Assembly: GCA_045643465.1 (NCBI GenBank)
Contig: JAZUKV010000010.1
Location: 70,412-134,411, forward strand
DNA length: 64,000 nucleotides
Source: Clostridia bacterium
Lineage (GTDB): Bacteria; Bacillota; Clostridia; TANB77; CAG-508
Direction: 5' to 3'
Shown: piece by piece, positions 55,398-64,000 of the stretch
Layout of the letters: each line of letters begins with the position of its first letter
How positions within the stretch are numbered: position 1 is the first letter of the stretch
Translations under genes and position numbers: made by a program
Notes under the pieces: model-generated
Seen by the model: the letters and a program-made list of their open reading frames with translations, nothing else
Database searches by the model: none
Told to the model about the DNA's origin: nothing

Positions 55398-55549
55398 GAT
55401 TCAAGAAAATAAAAAAATATAAATTTTATAAAATTTTACTTGAAAAATAATGTTATATGAGATATATCTTAAATATATATAAATTATTTTTTTATTAAAA
55501 GAAGACAAAAATGGGAAGATTGTAAATTATAAAAAAATAAAAAAAATAC

Positions 55550-55577
55550 TTGACAAAAGAAAAAATTATAATATAAT
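55550..55577 (+). promoter_or_regulatory. recA promoter (TTGACA-16-TATAAT)
   Basis: ttgacaaaagaaaaaattataatataat. Confidence 0.6.
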
Positions 55578-55582
55578 AATAC

Positions 55583-55594
55583 AAACAAATGTTT
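55583..55594 (+). promoter_or_regulatory. putative LexA (Cheo-type) operator, degenerate
   Basis: AAAC-AAAT-GTTT compared with the Firmicute consensus GAAC-N4-GTTC. It starts 6 nt downstream of the -10 element (5 intervening nt), over the expected transcription start of recA. Confidence 0.45.
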
Positions 55595-55610
55595 TACAAG
55601 GAGGAAAAAA

Positions 55611-56666
55611 ATGAATACAGAAAACCCAGAGAAAAAGAAAGCTTTAGAGGCAGCTCTAAGCCAAATAGAAAAACAATTTGGAAAAGGATCAATAATGAAA
55701 TTAGGTGAAGCAACAGCTATGGATGTAGAAGCTATACCAACAGGTTCATTAAGCTTAGATGTAGCATTAGGAATAGGAGGAATTCCAAGAGGTAGAATAG
55801 TAGAAGTATATGGACCAGAATCTTCAGGAAAGACAACATTAACATTACATATGATAGCAGAAGCTCAAAAACTAGGAGGAGAAGCAGCATTTATAGATGC
55901 AGAGCATGCTTTAGACCCAACATATGCAAAACATTTAGGAGTAGATATAGATAATCTAATTGTATCTCAACCAGATACAGGAGAGCAAGCACTAGAAATA
56001 GCAGAAGCTTTGGTAAGAAGTGGCGCTTTAGATATAATAGTAGTAGATTCAGTTGCAGCATTAGTACCAAAAGCAGAAATTGATGGTGATATGGGAGATT
56101 CTCATATTGGTTTACAAGCACGTTTAATGTCTCAAGCACTACGTAAATTGGCAGGAGCAATAAACAAAACAAAAACTGTTATTGTATTTATAAATCAATT
56201 AAGAGAAAAAGTTGGTGTAATGTTTGGTAATCCAGAAACAACAACAGGTGGTAGAGCTTTAAAATATTATGCATCAGTCAGATTAGATATAAGAAAAGTT
56301 GAAAATATTAAGCAAGATGGAGATGTTGTAGGAAATAGAGCTAGAGTAAAGGTAGTAAAAAATAAAATGGCCCCACCATTTAGGGAAGCAGAATTTGATA
56401 TAGTATATGGAAAAGGAATTTCAAAATCAGGAAGTATATTAGATTTAGCAGTTAATTTAGATATTGTTGAAAAAAGTGGTTCTTGGTTTAGCTATAATGG
56501 AGAAAGAATTGGTCAAGGAAGAGAAAATATAAAGAAATATTTGGAAGAGAATCCAGAGATAATGAGCGAGATAGAAGAAAAAGTAAGAGATAATTATAAA
56601 AAAGCCTTTGAACAAAGCTTAACAGAAGAAGATATTCAAAAAACGGATTCAGAAGATGATGAATAA
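55611..56666 (+). CDS. recA: recombinase RecA
   Basis: [35 protein letters not shown] and [21 protein letters not shown] are present. Confidence 0.98.
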   Translation: MNTENPEKKKALEAALSQIEKQFGKGSIMKLGEATAMDVEAIPTGSLSLDVALGIGGIPRGRIVEVYGPESSGKTTLTLHMIAEAQKLGGEAAFIDAEHALDPTYAKHLGVDIDNLIVSQPDTGEQALEIAEALVRSGALDIIVVDSVAALVPKAEIDGDMGDSHIGLQARLMSQALRKLAGAINKTKTVIVFINQLREKVGVMFGNPETTTGGRALKYYASVRLDIRKVENIKQDGDVVGNRARVKVVKNKMAPPFREAEFDIVYGKGISKSGSILDLAVNLDIVEKSGSWFSYNGERIGQGRENIKKYLEENPEIMSEIEEKVRDNYKKAFEQSLTEEDIQKTDSEDDE

Positions 56667-56683
56667 AATAGTAGGTGTTATAA

Positions 56684-57139
56684 TTGATTGATTATGATAA
56701 ATTAGAAGAATATGATAGAAATAAAACAAAAGTTTTAAAATATGTTGTATATAAAAAAAGAACTGAAAAAGAAATAAAACAAAAATTTTCACAAGAGATA
56801 GAAACTAATATGTTAGAAGATATAATTCAAGAGCTTAAAGAAAACAATTATATTAATGATAATCAATATATTCAAAGAGCTGTAAATGAATTTATGGCTC
56901 TTAAGAATATATCATTAAAACAAATAAAATATAAGTTACAGTCAAAAGGAATTGATAATAATTTAATAGAAGAATATTTTTCAAATAACAGAGAAGAGCT
57001 ACAAGAATATGAAATAAATTCAGCTAATAATTTAATAAATAAAAAAATTGAATGTCCAGCTGAAGAAATAATACAAATGTTATTGAAAAAAGGTTTCGAA
57101 TATGATAATGTAAAAGAAGCATTGGAGAGGAGAAACTGA
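56684..57139 (+). CDS. recX: RecX-like regulatory protein
   Basis: TTG start 6 nt after GTAGGTG, immediately downstream of recA. It is a small helical-repeat protein (...TEKEIKQKF..., ...YINDNQYIQRAV...). Confidence 0.6.
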   Translation: MIDYDKLEEYDRNKTKVLKYVVYKKRTEKEIKQKFSQEIETNMLEDIIQELKENNYINDNQYIQRAVNEFMALKNISLKQIKYKLQSKGIDNNLIEEYFSNNREELQEYEINSANNLINKKIECPAEEIIQMLLKKGFEYDNVKEALERRN

Positions 57140-57906
57140 TGAAAAATATATTAAATTATGAATCAAATATATATGCTATTAAGTCAAATGATTTTGAAGG
57201 ACCGTTAGATTTATTATGTCACTTGATAGATAAAAATAAAATGAACATATGTGATATAAATATAAGTGATATTACAGATCAATATATAGATTATTTGAAT
57301 AAAATGGAAGAGCTTAATTTAGAAATAGCTAGTGAATTCGTAATTATGGCTTCAACATTATTATATTTAAAATCAAAGACTTTATTACCAGTTATAGAAA
57401 ATGATGAAGAAGAAGAAAAAGAGCTAACAGAAGAGGAATTATTAAATAGGATTATAGAATATAAAAAATACAAAGAAATTTCAGAGCAATTTAGAAGAAT
57501 GTATGAGGAGAACTATAATAGATTTTATAGAGAGCCTGAGAATATAAAGTTTCCTAAAAAAGAGCTTGAAACTGATGTTAATTCTGCAATGATAGTAAAA
57601 GCATATACTAAAGTATTAGATAAAAATAAAAAAAGACTTAATAAAAATGCTAGAAATATACAAAAAATAGCTATAACAGATACATATACTGTGTCAAGTA
57701 AAGTTAAGGAAATGTATAAAGAGCTTATAAGAAATAAAAAGTTTGTATTTAATGATTTATATTCTCAAAAGCAATGTAATAAAGAAGAAGTTGTAACTGC
57801 ATTTACAGGATTATTAGAAATGTCAAGAAGAAGTAAAGTTCAGACTTTACAAGAAGAGCTATTTGGAAATATATTGGTCGAAAAAAATAAAAGAAATTTA
57901 GATTAA
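57139..57906 (+). CDS. scpA: segregation and condensation protein A
   Basis: FEGPLDLLCHLIDKNKMNICDINISDITDQYIDYL, with a C-terminal winged-helix region. Confidence 0.9.
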   Translation: MKNILNYESNIYAIKSNDFEGPLDLLCHLIDKNKMNICDINISDITDQYIDYLNKMEELNLEIASEFVIMASTLLYLKSKTLLPVIENDEEEEKELTEEELLNRIIEYKKYKEISEQFRRMYEENYNRFYREPENIKFPKKELETDVNSAMIVKAYTKVLDKNKKRLNKNARNIQKIAITDTYTVSSKVKEMYKELIRNKKFVFNDLYSQKQCNKEEVVTAFTGLLEMSRRSKVQTLQEELFGNILVEKNKRNLD

Positions 57907-57954
57907 AATAATTAATAATGGAAAAAATAATTAGTAATATATGGAGATGAAAAT

Positions 57955-58518
57955 ATGTTACTAGTTATTTTTTTTTTAATTGTAATTATTATAATTGTTA
58001 TAATGACTGCAAAAGTAAAAATATATTTGTCAGTAAATAATAAGAATTTTAAAATTAGTATAAAAATATATATACTTAAAAATATATGTATTGCGAAAAT
58101 TAATCCAAGAAAAAATAAAAAAAGAAAGAAGATAAAAAAAGCCCAAAAACAAAAGATAAAGAAGGTAATATTAAAAATCATAGAAAAAGGAAATATATAT
58201 TTAGAAAAGCTAAATTTAAGAATAGATATATGTACATCAGATCCGATTCTAACATCATATTTAGTAGGTGCTATATCAAATGCAGTAATTTTTTTTATAA
58301 GAAGAAATAATATTAAAAAAGATTTAAAAAATTGCAGTTATCAAATAAAACCAATATACGATAATAAAAAAATTTTTAATATAAAATTTAGTAGTATAAT
58401 TAGTGTTAATTTAGTGCATATTATTACTATAATTTGTAAAAAAATTATAGAATGGAGATGTGATCAAAATGGAAGAAAGTCATCCAATAGAAGGATTAAT
58501 GTTAACAGCCATGAATAG
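57955..58518 (+). CDS. ytfI: YtfI-like (DUF2953) sporulation membrane protein
   Basis: N-terminal TM helix and a lysine-rich segment, positioned directly upstream of and overlapping ytfJ. The assignment is mostly by context. Confidence 0.5.
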   Translation: MLLVIFFLIVIIIIVIMTAKVKIYLSVNNKNFKISIKIYILKNICIAKINPRKNKKRKKIKKAQKQKIKKVILKIIEKGNIYLEKLNLRIDICTSDPILTSYLVGAISNAVIFFIRRNNIKKDLKNCSYQIKPIYDNKKIFNIKFSSIISVNLVHIITIICKKIIEWRCDQNGRKSSNRRINVNSHE

Positions 58519-59149
58519 TATAAAACAAATGGTGGATGTTAATACAATAATAGGTGATCCGATACAAGCATTAAATAATACAGTAATAATACCAATATCA
58601 AAAGTTGGATTTGGATTTGCTGCAGGTGGAAGTGAATTTAATGGAGAAACAGTAAATGTATATAATAAAAAGGAAAAAGAAGAAAATATAAAATATAGAT
58701 TACCTTTTGGCGGTGGAAGTGGAGCAGGAGTAAGTATAACACCTGTAGCTTTTTTAATCATTCAAAATAATAACGTCAAATTAATAGAAGCTAAACATGA
58801 AAACATTTTAGATAAATTAGTAGAATATGTTCCAGATGTAATAAATAAAATCAGCGATATTTTCAAAAGTAAAGATATAGAAGATGAAGAATTTGATGAT
58901 GATCTTGAATATGATTATGATGACTTTGAAGATGTGGAATATAATGATGAAAAAGAGCATAATAAAAATGATTATGAAGAAGATGAAGATATCTTAACAG
59001 AAAAAGTGTTACAAGAAAATAAACAATCAAAAGAAGGAAGTACAGTTAAAGAAAAAAAGAAAGTAGAGAAAAATTTAAAACATGGAAATAAAAAAGTAGA
59101 AAAGAAAGTTGAAGAAATAAATATTGATGAAGAGTATGATGATGAATAG
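58469..59149 (+). CDS. ytfJ: sporulation protein YtfJ (GerW family) with a long acidic/basic C-terminal extension
   Basis: IIGDPIQALNNTVIIPISKVGFGFAAGGSEF...FGGGSGAGVSITPVAFLII is the core. About 110 extra residues follow, rich in D/E and then K. Confidence 0.85.
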   Translation: MEESHPIEGLMLTAMNSIKQMVDVNTIIGDPIQALNNTVIIPISKVGFGFAAGGSEFNGETVNVYNKKEKEENIKYRLPFGGGSGAGVSITPVAFLIIQNNNVKLIEAKHENILDKLVEYVPDVINKISDIFKSKDIEDEEFDDDLEYDYDDFEDVEYNDEKEHNKNDYEEDEDILTEKVLQENKQSKEGSTVKEKKKVEKNLKHGNKKVEKKVEEINIDEEYDDE

Positions 59150-59157
59150 AAAGTATA

Positions 59158-59187
59158 ACTACGCTTTATAATAAGCGTGGTTTTTTT
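59158..59187 (+). terminator. intrinsic terminator
   Basis: actacgctt/aagcgtggt stem plus T7. Confidence 0.8.
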
Positions 59188-59310
59188 ATAAATGTTAATA
59201 GATAAATTTTAGAAAAAATATCAAAAAATAAACCGTACAAATGTTTACTTTCTATTTAAAATATGTAATAATACATCATAATAAGAATGAAAGGATAAAT
59301 AGGTAAACAA

Positions 59311-61359
59311 ATGATAGATTTAGAAAATGATGTTAAGTATATAAAAGGGGTAGGTCCAAATAGAGTAGATTCATTAAATAAATTAGGAATATATACATTA
59401 AAAGATCTTATTACATATTATCCAAGAGATTATGAAGATAGAAGTAAACCAAAAAAAATAGCAGAATGTCAAGATGGTGAAGATGTATTAATAGAAGCTG
59501 TAGCAGTATCAAAAGTAGTAGAGCTTAGAATAAGAAAAAATATGGTTATGTATAAGTTAGCTGTGAGGGATGAATCTGGAATGTGTAATATAACATGGTT
59601 CAATCAGCCATATTTAAAGAGACAATTTGTATATGGAGAAAAATATAGTTTCTTTGGGAAAGTTCATATAAAAGGATCTAAAATTGAAATGAATTCACCA
59701 GTATTTGATTCAAAAGAAACTAATAAACATACAGGCAAAATAGTACCAATATATCCTACTACATTTAGTATGCCACAAAATACATTAAGAAGGATAATAG
59801 AAAATGCAGTAGAGCAAGTTGGAGATGAATTAGAAGAAAATATTCCAGAATATATATTAAATAAGTATTCATTAATTGAGATTAATGATGCTATAAAAAA
59901 AATACATGAACCAGACACTTTTGAAGATTTTAAATTAGCTAGAAGAAGGTTAGTGTTTGAAGAATTATTAATTATGCAATTAGCTCTTTTAAATTTAAAA
60001 AGTAATTGGAAAAAAGAGCAAAAAGGAATAAAGTATAGCCAAGAGGTTAAAATGTCAGATGTAATAAATGATTTACCATTTAGATTAACAAAAGCACAAT
60101 TAAAAGTTCTTGAAGAAATAGATAATGACATGGAAAATGAAAAGTCTATGAATAGATTATTACAAGGGGATGTAGGTTCAGGAAAAACTGTTGTAGCTAT
60201 TATAGCTGCATATAAAGCAGTAAAATCAGGTTATCAAGCTGCAATAATGGCTCCAACATCAATATTAGCTACGCAGCATTTAGAAAGCTTTTCAAATATG
60301 CTAAATAAATATGGAATTAGAAGTGAACTTTTAATAAGTAGTGTTACAAAAAAGAAAAAAGAAGAGATATTACAAAAATTGCAAGAGGGAGAAATTGACA
60401 TTTTAATAGGTACACATGCAATTTTAGAAGAAAATGTAGTATTCAGAAATTTAGGATTGGTTGTTACAGATGAGCAACATAGATTTGGAGTAAGACAAAG
60501 AAGTAAAATTGTTGCAAAAGGAAATAATCCTGATGTATTAGTAATGACAGCAACACCAATACCGCGTACTTTAGCATTAATATTGTATGGAGACTTGGAC
60601 ATATCAATAATAGATGAATTACCTCCAAACAGAAAGCAAATAGAAACATATGCAGTTAACAAAAGTATGGAAGAGAGAGTAAATGGTTTTATAAGAAAAC
60701 AAATACAAGAAGGAAGACAAGCATATATAGTATGTCCATTAGTTGAAGAAAATGAAGAGATAAATGCAAAATCTGTTTTAGAGCTTTCTGAGAAATATAA
60801 AAATGAAATATTTAGGGATTTAAAAGTAGAATATATACATGGAAAAATGAAACCAAAAGAAAAAGACGAAATAATGGAACAATTTAAAAATGGAGAAATT
60901 GATATTTTAATTTCAACAACAGTTATAGAAGTAGGAGTTAATGTTCCAAATTCAAGTATGATGATAGTTGAGAATGCAGAGCGATTTGGATTAGCACAAT
61001 TGCACCAATTAAGGGGAAGAGTTGGAAGAGGTGAATATCAATCATATTGTATTTTGAAATATAATAGTAATTCAGAAATTGCAAGAAAAAGAATGAAAAT
61101 AATGCAAGAAACTACTGATGGTTTTATAATTGCAGAAAAAGATTTAGAGCTACGTGGATCTGGTGAATTTTTTGGAACTAAGCAACATGGATTACCAGAA
61201 TTTAAAATTGCAAATTTATTTGAAGATATGGATATTTTAAAAGAAGTTCAAGGATTGACTATTCAATTAGAAAAAAAGGATTCAAAATTGCAGTTAGAAG
61301 AAAATAGAGGACTAAAAAAATTAGTAGATGAAAAATTTAGCGGAAGAATAGAAATGTAA
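59311..61359 (+). CDS. recG: ATP-dependent DNA helicase RecG
   Basis: Wedge/OB N-terminus, FRLTKAQ, helicase motifs [16 protein letters not shown] and TATPIPRT, then [12 protein letters not shown]. Confidence 0.96.
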   Translation: MIDLENDVKYIKGVGPNRVDSLNKLGIYTLKDLITYYPRDYEDRSKPKKIAECQDGEDVLIEAVAVSKVVELRIRKNMVMYKLAVRDESGMCNITWFNQPYLKRQFVYGEKYSFFGKVHIKGSKIEMNSPVFDSKETNKHTGKIVPIYPTTFSMPQNTLRRIIENAVEQVGDELEENIPEYILNKYSLIEINDAIKKIHEPDTFEDFKLARRRLVFEELLIMQLALLNLKSNWKKEQKGIKYSQEVKMSDVINDLPFRLTKAQLKVLEEIDNDMENEKSMNRLLQGDVGSGKTVVAIIAAYKAVKSGYQAAIMAPTSILATQHLESFSNMLNKYGIRSELLISSVTKKKKEEILQKLQEGEIDILIGTHAILEENVVFRNLGLVVTDEQHRFGVRQRSKIVAKGNNPDVLVMTATPIPRTLALILYGDLDISIIDELPPNRKQIETYAVNKSMEERVNGFIRKQIQEGRQAYIVCPLVEENEEINAKSVLELSEKYKNEIFRDLKVEYIHGKMKPKEKDEIMEQFKNGEIDILISTTVIEVGVNVPNSSMMIVENAERFGLAQLHQLRGRVGRGEYQSYCILKYNSNSEIARKRMKIMQETTDGFIIAEKDLELRGSGEFFGTKQHGLPEFKIANLFEDMDILKEVQGLTIQLEKKDSKLQLEENRGLKKLVDEKFSGRIEM

Positions 61360-61446
61360 GTAAAAATTATAAAAAATAATTGTAATTTTATAATTTTATG
61401 CTAGAATAATTTTAAAAATTATATATAGCTAATTTCGGAGGAAAAA

Positions 61447-62904
61447 ATGAAGAGTGGATTTGATAGTGAAAAATATTTAAGCGTACAGACAGAAAAAATA
61501 AAAGAAAGAATTAAAATGTTTGATAATAAACTATATTTAGAGTTTGGTGGAAAAATTTTTGATGATAATCATGCAGCAAGAGTATTGCCAGGATTTAAAC
61601 CAGATTCTAAAATAAAATTATTACAACAATTTAAAGACGATTTAGAAGTAATTTTTTGCATAAATGCTGCAGATATTCAAAAAAGTAAAATTAGATCAGA
61701 TTATGGAATTAGCTATGAATTAGAGCTATTGCGATTAATTGAAAATTTGCAAAAATTAGACATTAATATCAATAGTGTTGTTGTGACAATGTACAAGGAA
61801 AATGACAATATATCTCATTTGAAAAAAATGTTAGATGAGAGAGAAATAAAGATGTATATACATAGACCAACAAAAGGATATCCAGATAACATAGATCTTA
61901 TTGTAAGTGAAGAAGGATATGGAAAAAATCCATATATTGAAACAACTAAAAAACTAGTTGTGGTTACTGCACCAGGAGCAAATAGTGGTAAGTTAGGAAC
62001 TTGTCTATCACAGTTATATCATGAACACAAAAAAGGTGTTAAAGCAGGATATGCTAAATTTGAAACATTCCCAGTATGGAATTTAGATTTAAATCATCCA
62101 GTAAATGTTGCATATGAAGCAGCTACATTAGATTTAAATGATATTAATTTAATAGATCCATATCATTTGGAAGCATATGGAGAAAGTGCAGTAAATTATA
62201 ATAGAGATATTACAACATTTCCAATATTAAAAAATATATTATATAAAATAACTGGAGAAGAAATATATAAATCTCCAACAGACATGGGAGTTAACATGGT
62301 AAAATCATGTATAACAGATGAGGGAATAGTACAAAAAGCAGCAACAGAAGAAATAATTAGAAGATATTATAATATTGTATGTGACTTTAAGCAAGGAATA
62401 GCAAGTGAAAAAGCAGTAGAAAAAGCTAAAAAGCTAATGGGAAAATTAAATTTGAATGCAAAAGATAGAGATGTTGCAGTTGTAGCAAATCAAAAAAGTG
62501 AAGAGCGAAAAACAAATATAGTTGCAATAAAATTAAATAATGGAAAAATAGTAACAGGAAAAGAATCAGAATTATTAAGTGCATCAAGTGCTGCAATATT
62601 AAATGCAGTAAAAGAAATAACAAAAATACCAGATGATGAATTTTTATTGTCACCATCAGTATTAGATGGTATATTTAAAATGAAGAAGAAAACATCATAT
62701 AAAACATCATATTGTTTAAACTTGCAAGAAATTTTAATAGCATTAAGCATATGCGCAATAACAAATCCAATTATAGAAAAAATAATAAATAATATAGGAA
62801 AATTACGTTATTGTGAGGCTCATTCTAGTTATATAATAGAAAAAAGCGAATTAAATGTACTTAAAAATTTAGGAATTAATTTAACATGTGAACCTAAAAT
62901 GTAA
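61447..62904 (+). CDS. DUF1846 / UPF0371 family protein
   Basis: FDSEKYLSVQTEKIKERI...LYLEFGGKIFDDNHAARVLPGF matches the conserved N-terminus of UPF0371 as I remember it. Confidence 0.8.
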   Translation: MKSGFDSEKYLSVQTEKIKERIKMFDNKLYLEFGGKIFDDNHAARVLPGFKPDSKIKLLQQFKDDLEVIFCINAADIQKSKIRSDYGISYELELLRLIENLQKLDININSVVVTMYKENDNISHLKKMLDEREIKMYIHRPTKGYPDNIDLIVSEEGYGKNPYIETTKKLVVVTAPGANSGKLGTCLSQLYHEHKKGVKAGYAKFETFPVWNLDLNHPVNVAYEAATLDLNDINLIDPYHLEAYGESAVNYNRDITTFPILKNILYKITGEEIYKSPTDMGVNMVKSCITDEGIVQKAATEEIIRRYYNIVCDFKQGIASEKAVEKAKKLMGKLNLNAKDRDVAVVANQKSEERKTNIVAIKLNNGKIVTGKESELLSASSAAILNAVKEITKIPDDEFLLSPSVLDGIFKMKKKTSYKTSYCLNLQEILIALSICAITNPIIEKIINNIGKLRYCEAHSSYIIEKSELNVLKNLGINLTCEPKM

Positions 62905-63033
62905 ATTTAAAAATTAAAAATAAAAATACTGTAATAAGAATTGCCAAAAAACGCTAAAAAGCTTGACATTTGAACAAAAAAACAATATATTATATATGAA
63001 AAAATTACTAAAATGAAAAGGAGACAATATAAT

Positions 63034-63909
63034 ATGTATGCGCAAATGGTAACTTCTAAAAACGGTGGAGAGCTTATAAGCTTTAAATTGAACGGCAGAG
63101 AAAAAATACATCAAGGTGAATCTTGTGTTGATGAAAATGGTAAAGTTTATTGGAAACGACATTCTCCAGTATTGTTTCCAATAGTTGGTAAATTAAAAAG
63201 GAATCAAACGATAATAAATGGAAAAACATTTGAAATATTTCAACATGGTTTTGCAAGAGATTTAGAATATGAAGCAATAACAAAATTAGATAATTTTCAT
63301 TCATATGTATTAAAAAGTAACAAAACTACACTTGCAAGATATCCATTTGATTTTGAATTATATAATACATATAGAATGGATGGAAATAGTTTAACAACTA
63401 TATACAAAGTTATAAATACTGGAAAAACTAATATGCCTTTTTGTATAGGTGGACATCCTGCATTTAAAATAGATCCTGAAGAAATGAATAAAGGAAACTA
63501 TTATTTACAATTTGAAGAAGATGAAGAAAAAATACATTTTCTTTATTTAATAGATGGCTTAATGGGAACAGAATATGCAAAAAATAGAATGGAAGATAAA
63601 AGAAAGATAATGTTAGGACCAGATTCATTTAAAAATGATGCAATAATAATGAAAGGTATTACTTCTAAAAGAATAAGTCTAATGCATAAAAATCGTGAGA
63701 CTCCTATACTTACAATGGAATTTTCAGATTTTCCATACTTAGGAATATGGTCAAAACCAAATGCTCCATTTATATGTATAGAGCCATGGCATGGAGTATC
63801 AGATACAATAAAAAGCACAGGAATATTTGCAGAAAAAACAGGATGTATATTATTAAAACCAAACCAATCATATGAATGCAGATATACAGTTACATTTTAC
63901 GAAGATTAA
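63034..63909 (+). CDS. aldose 1-epimerase family protein (LacX/YihR-like)
   Basis: SD aaaaggag lies before the ATG at 63034. LFPIVGKL, HGFAR, GGHPAF and IEPW are present. Confidence 0.8.
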   Translation: MYAQMVTSKNGGELISFKLNGREKIHQGESCVDENGKVYWKRHSPVLFPIVGKLKRNQTIINGKTFEIFQHGFARDLEYEAITKLDNFHSYVLKSNKTTLARYPFDFELYNTYRMDGNSLTTIYKVINTGKTNMPFCIGGHPAFKIDPEEMNKGNYYLQFEEDEEKIHFLYLIDGLMGTEYAKNRMEDKRKIMLGPDSFKNDAIIMKGITSKRISLMHKNRETPILTMEFSDFPYLGIWSKPNAPFICIEPWHGVSDTIKSTGIFAEKTGCILLKPNQSYECRYTVTFYED

Positions 63910-63944
63910 AATTGTAAAGATAAAATAAGAAAAGGACGTAAGAA

Positions 63945-64000
63945 ATGAAAATAGTTTTTGTATTATTAGGACTAATTTTTGTAACGATAGGTGTTATTAG
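63945..64000 (+). CDS. start of a membrane protein gene, truncated by the window end
   Basis: ATG after aaaagga. MKIVFVLLGLIFVTIGVI is hydrophobic. Confidence 0.35.
   Translation, partial: MKIVFVLLGLIFVTIGVI

Noticed and set aside
55399-55549. Possible small RNA or regulatory element in the long AT-rich spacer upstream of recA
   Set aside because: It contains only A/T runs and no stable stems or a promoter/terminator pair. It is likely UP-element-like spacer DNA.
57912-58181. Minus-strand 89-aa ORF (57912-58181), and likewise 51812-52036 and 62914-63162
   Set aside because: These are poly-Ile/Phe translations of A/T runs overlapping the 5' ends of plus-strand genes. They are not credible as genes.

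Overview
This is a very AT-rich chromosomal core region from a low-GC Firmicute. It looks Clostridia-like and spore-forming, since spoVS, ytfI/ytfJ and stp-prkC are present. There are about 60 protein genes, nearly all on the + strand; only four are on the - strand. Housekeeping functions dominate. Six aminoacyl-tRNA synthetases are present (thrS, hisS, ileS, asnS, aspS, lysS), and only thrS and ileS have recognisable T-box leaders. Also present are one tRNA-Thr(GGU), tgt (5'-truncated by the window), deoB, deoD, ychF, typA, rpsA, rlmN-stp-prkC-rsgA-rpe, trmB, ftsE-ftsX-M23 peptidase-ctpA, ymdB-spoVS-recA-recX, scpA, recG and a DUF1846 gene. I saw no rRNA, CRISPR array, prophage, integrase or recognisable defence gene. 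The strongest non-housekeeping signal is a REP/RAYT-type module. A single HUH/Y1 RayT-like transposase gene (19211-19975) is bracketed by inverted copies of a 29-nt imperfect palindrome, GTGGAATTGGGGACGGTTCTAATTTCCAC. That element recurs elsewhere in the window at gene 3' ends. One recurrence is a perfect inverted doublet enclosing the aspS terminator (36705-36819). Another copy has its left arm replaced by a (GGGAAAAC)n tract that fits the G-quadruplex motif (19014-19050). Other points worth a second look:
- three tandem Tim44-like/zinc-ribbon paralogs
- a membrane-tethered ECF-like sigma factor next to a VWA protein
- two unusual fusions (P-loop NTPase-Asp23 and Cmk-PlsC)
- a higher-GC islet with a Lnu(A)/ANT(2'')-like nucleotidyltransferase
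- a 21-codon uORF whose stop lies inside the lysS Shine-Dalgarno
- a shared ACAAATGTTT operator-like core at recA and two other promoters
All calls come from reading the sequence and translations. No database search or computation was possible, so family assignments rest on remembered motifs.
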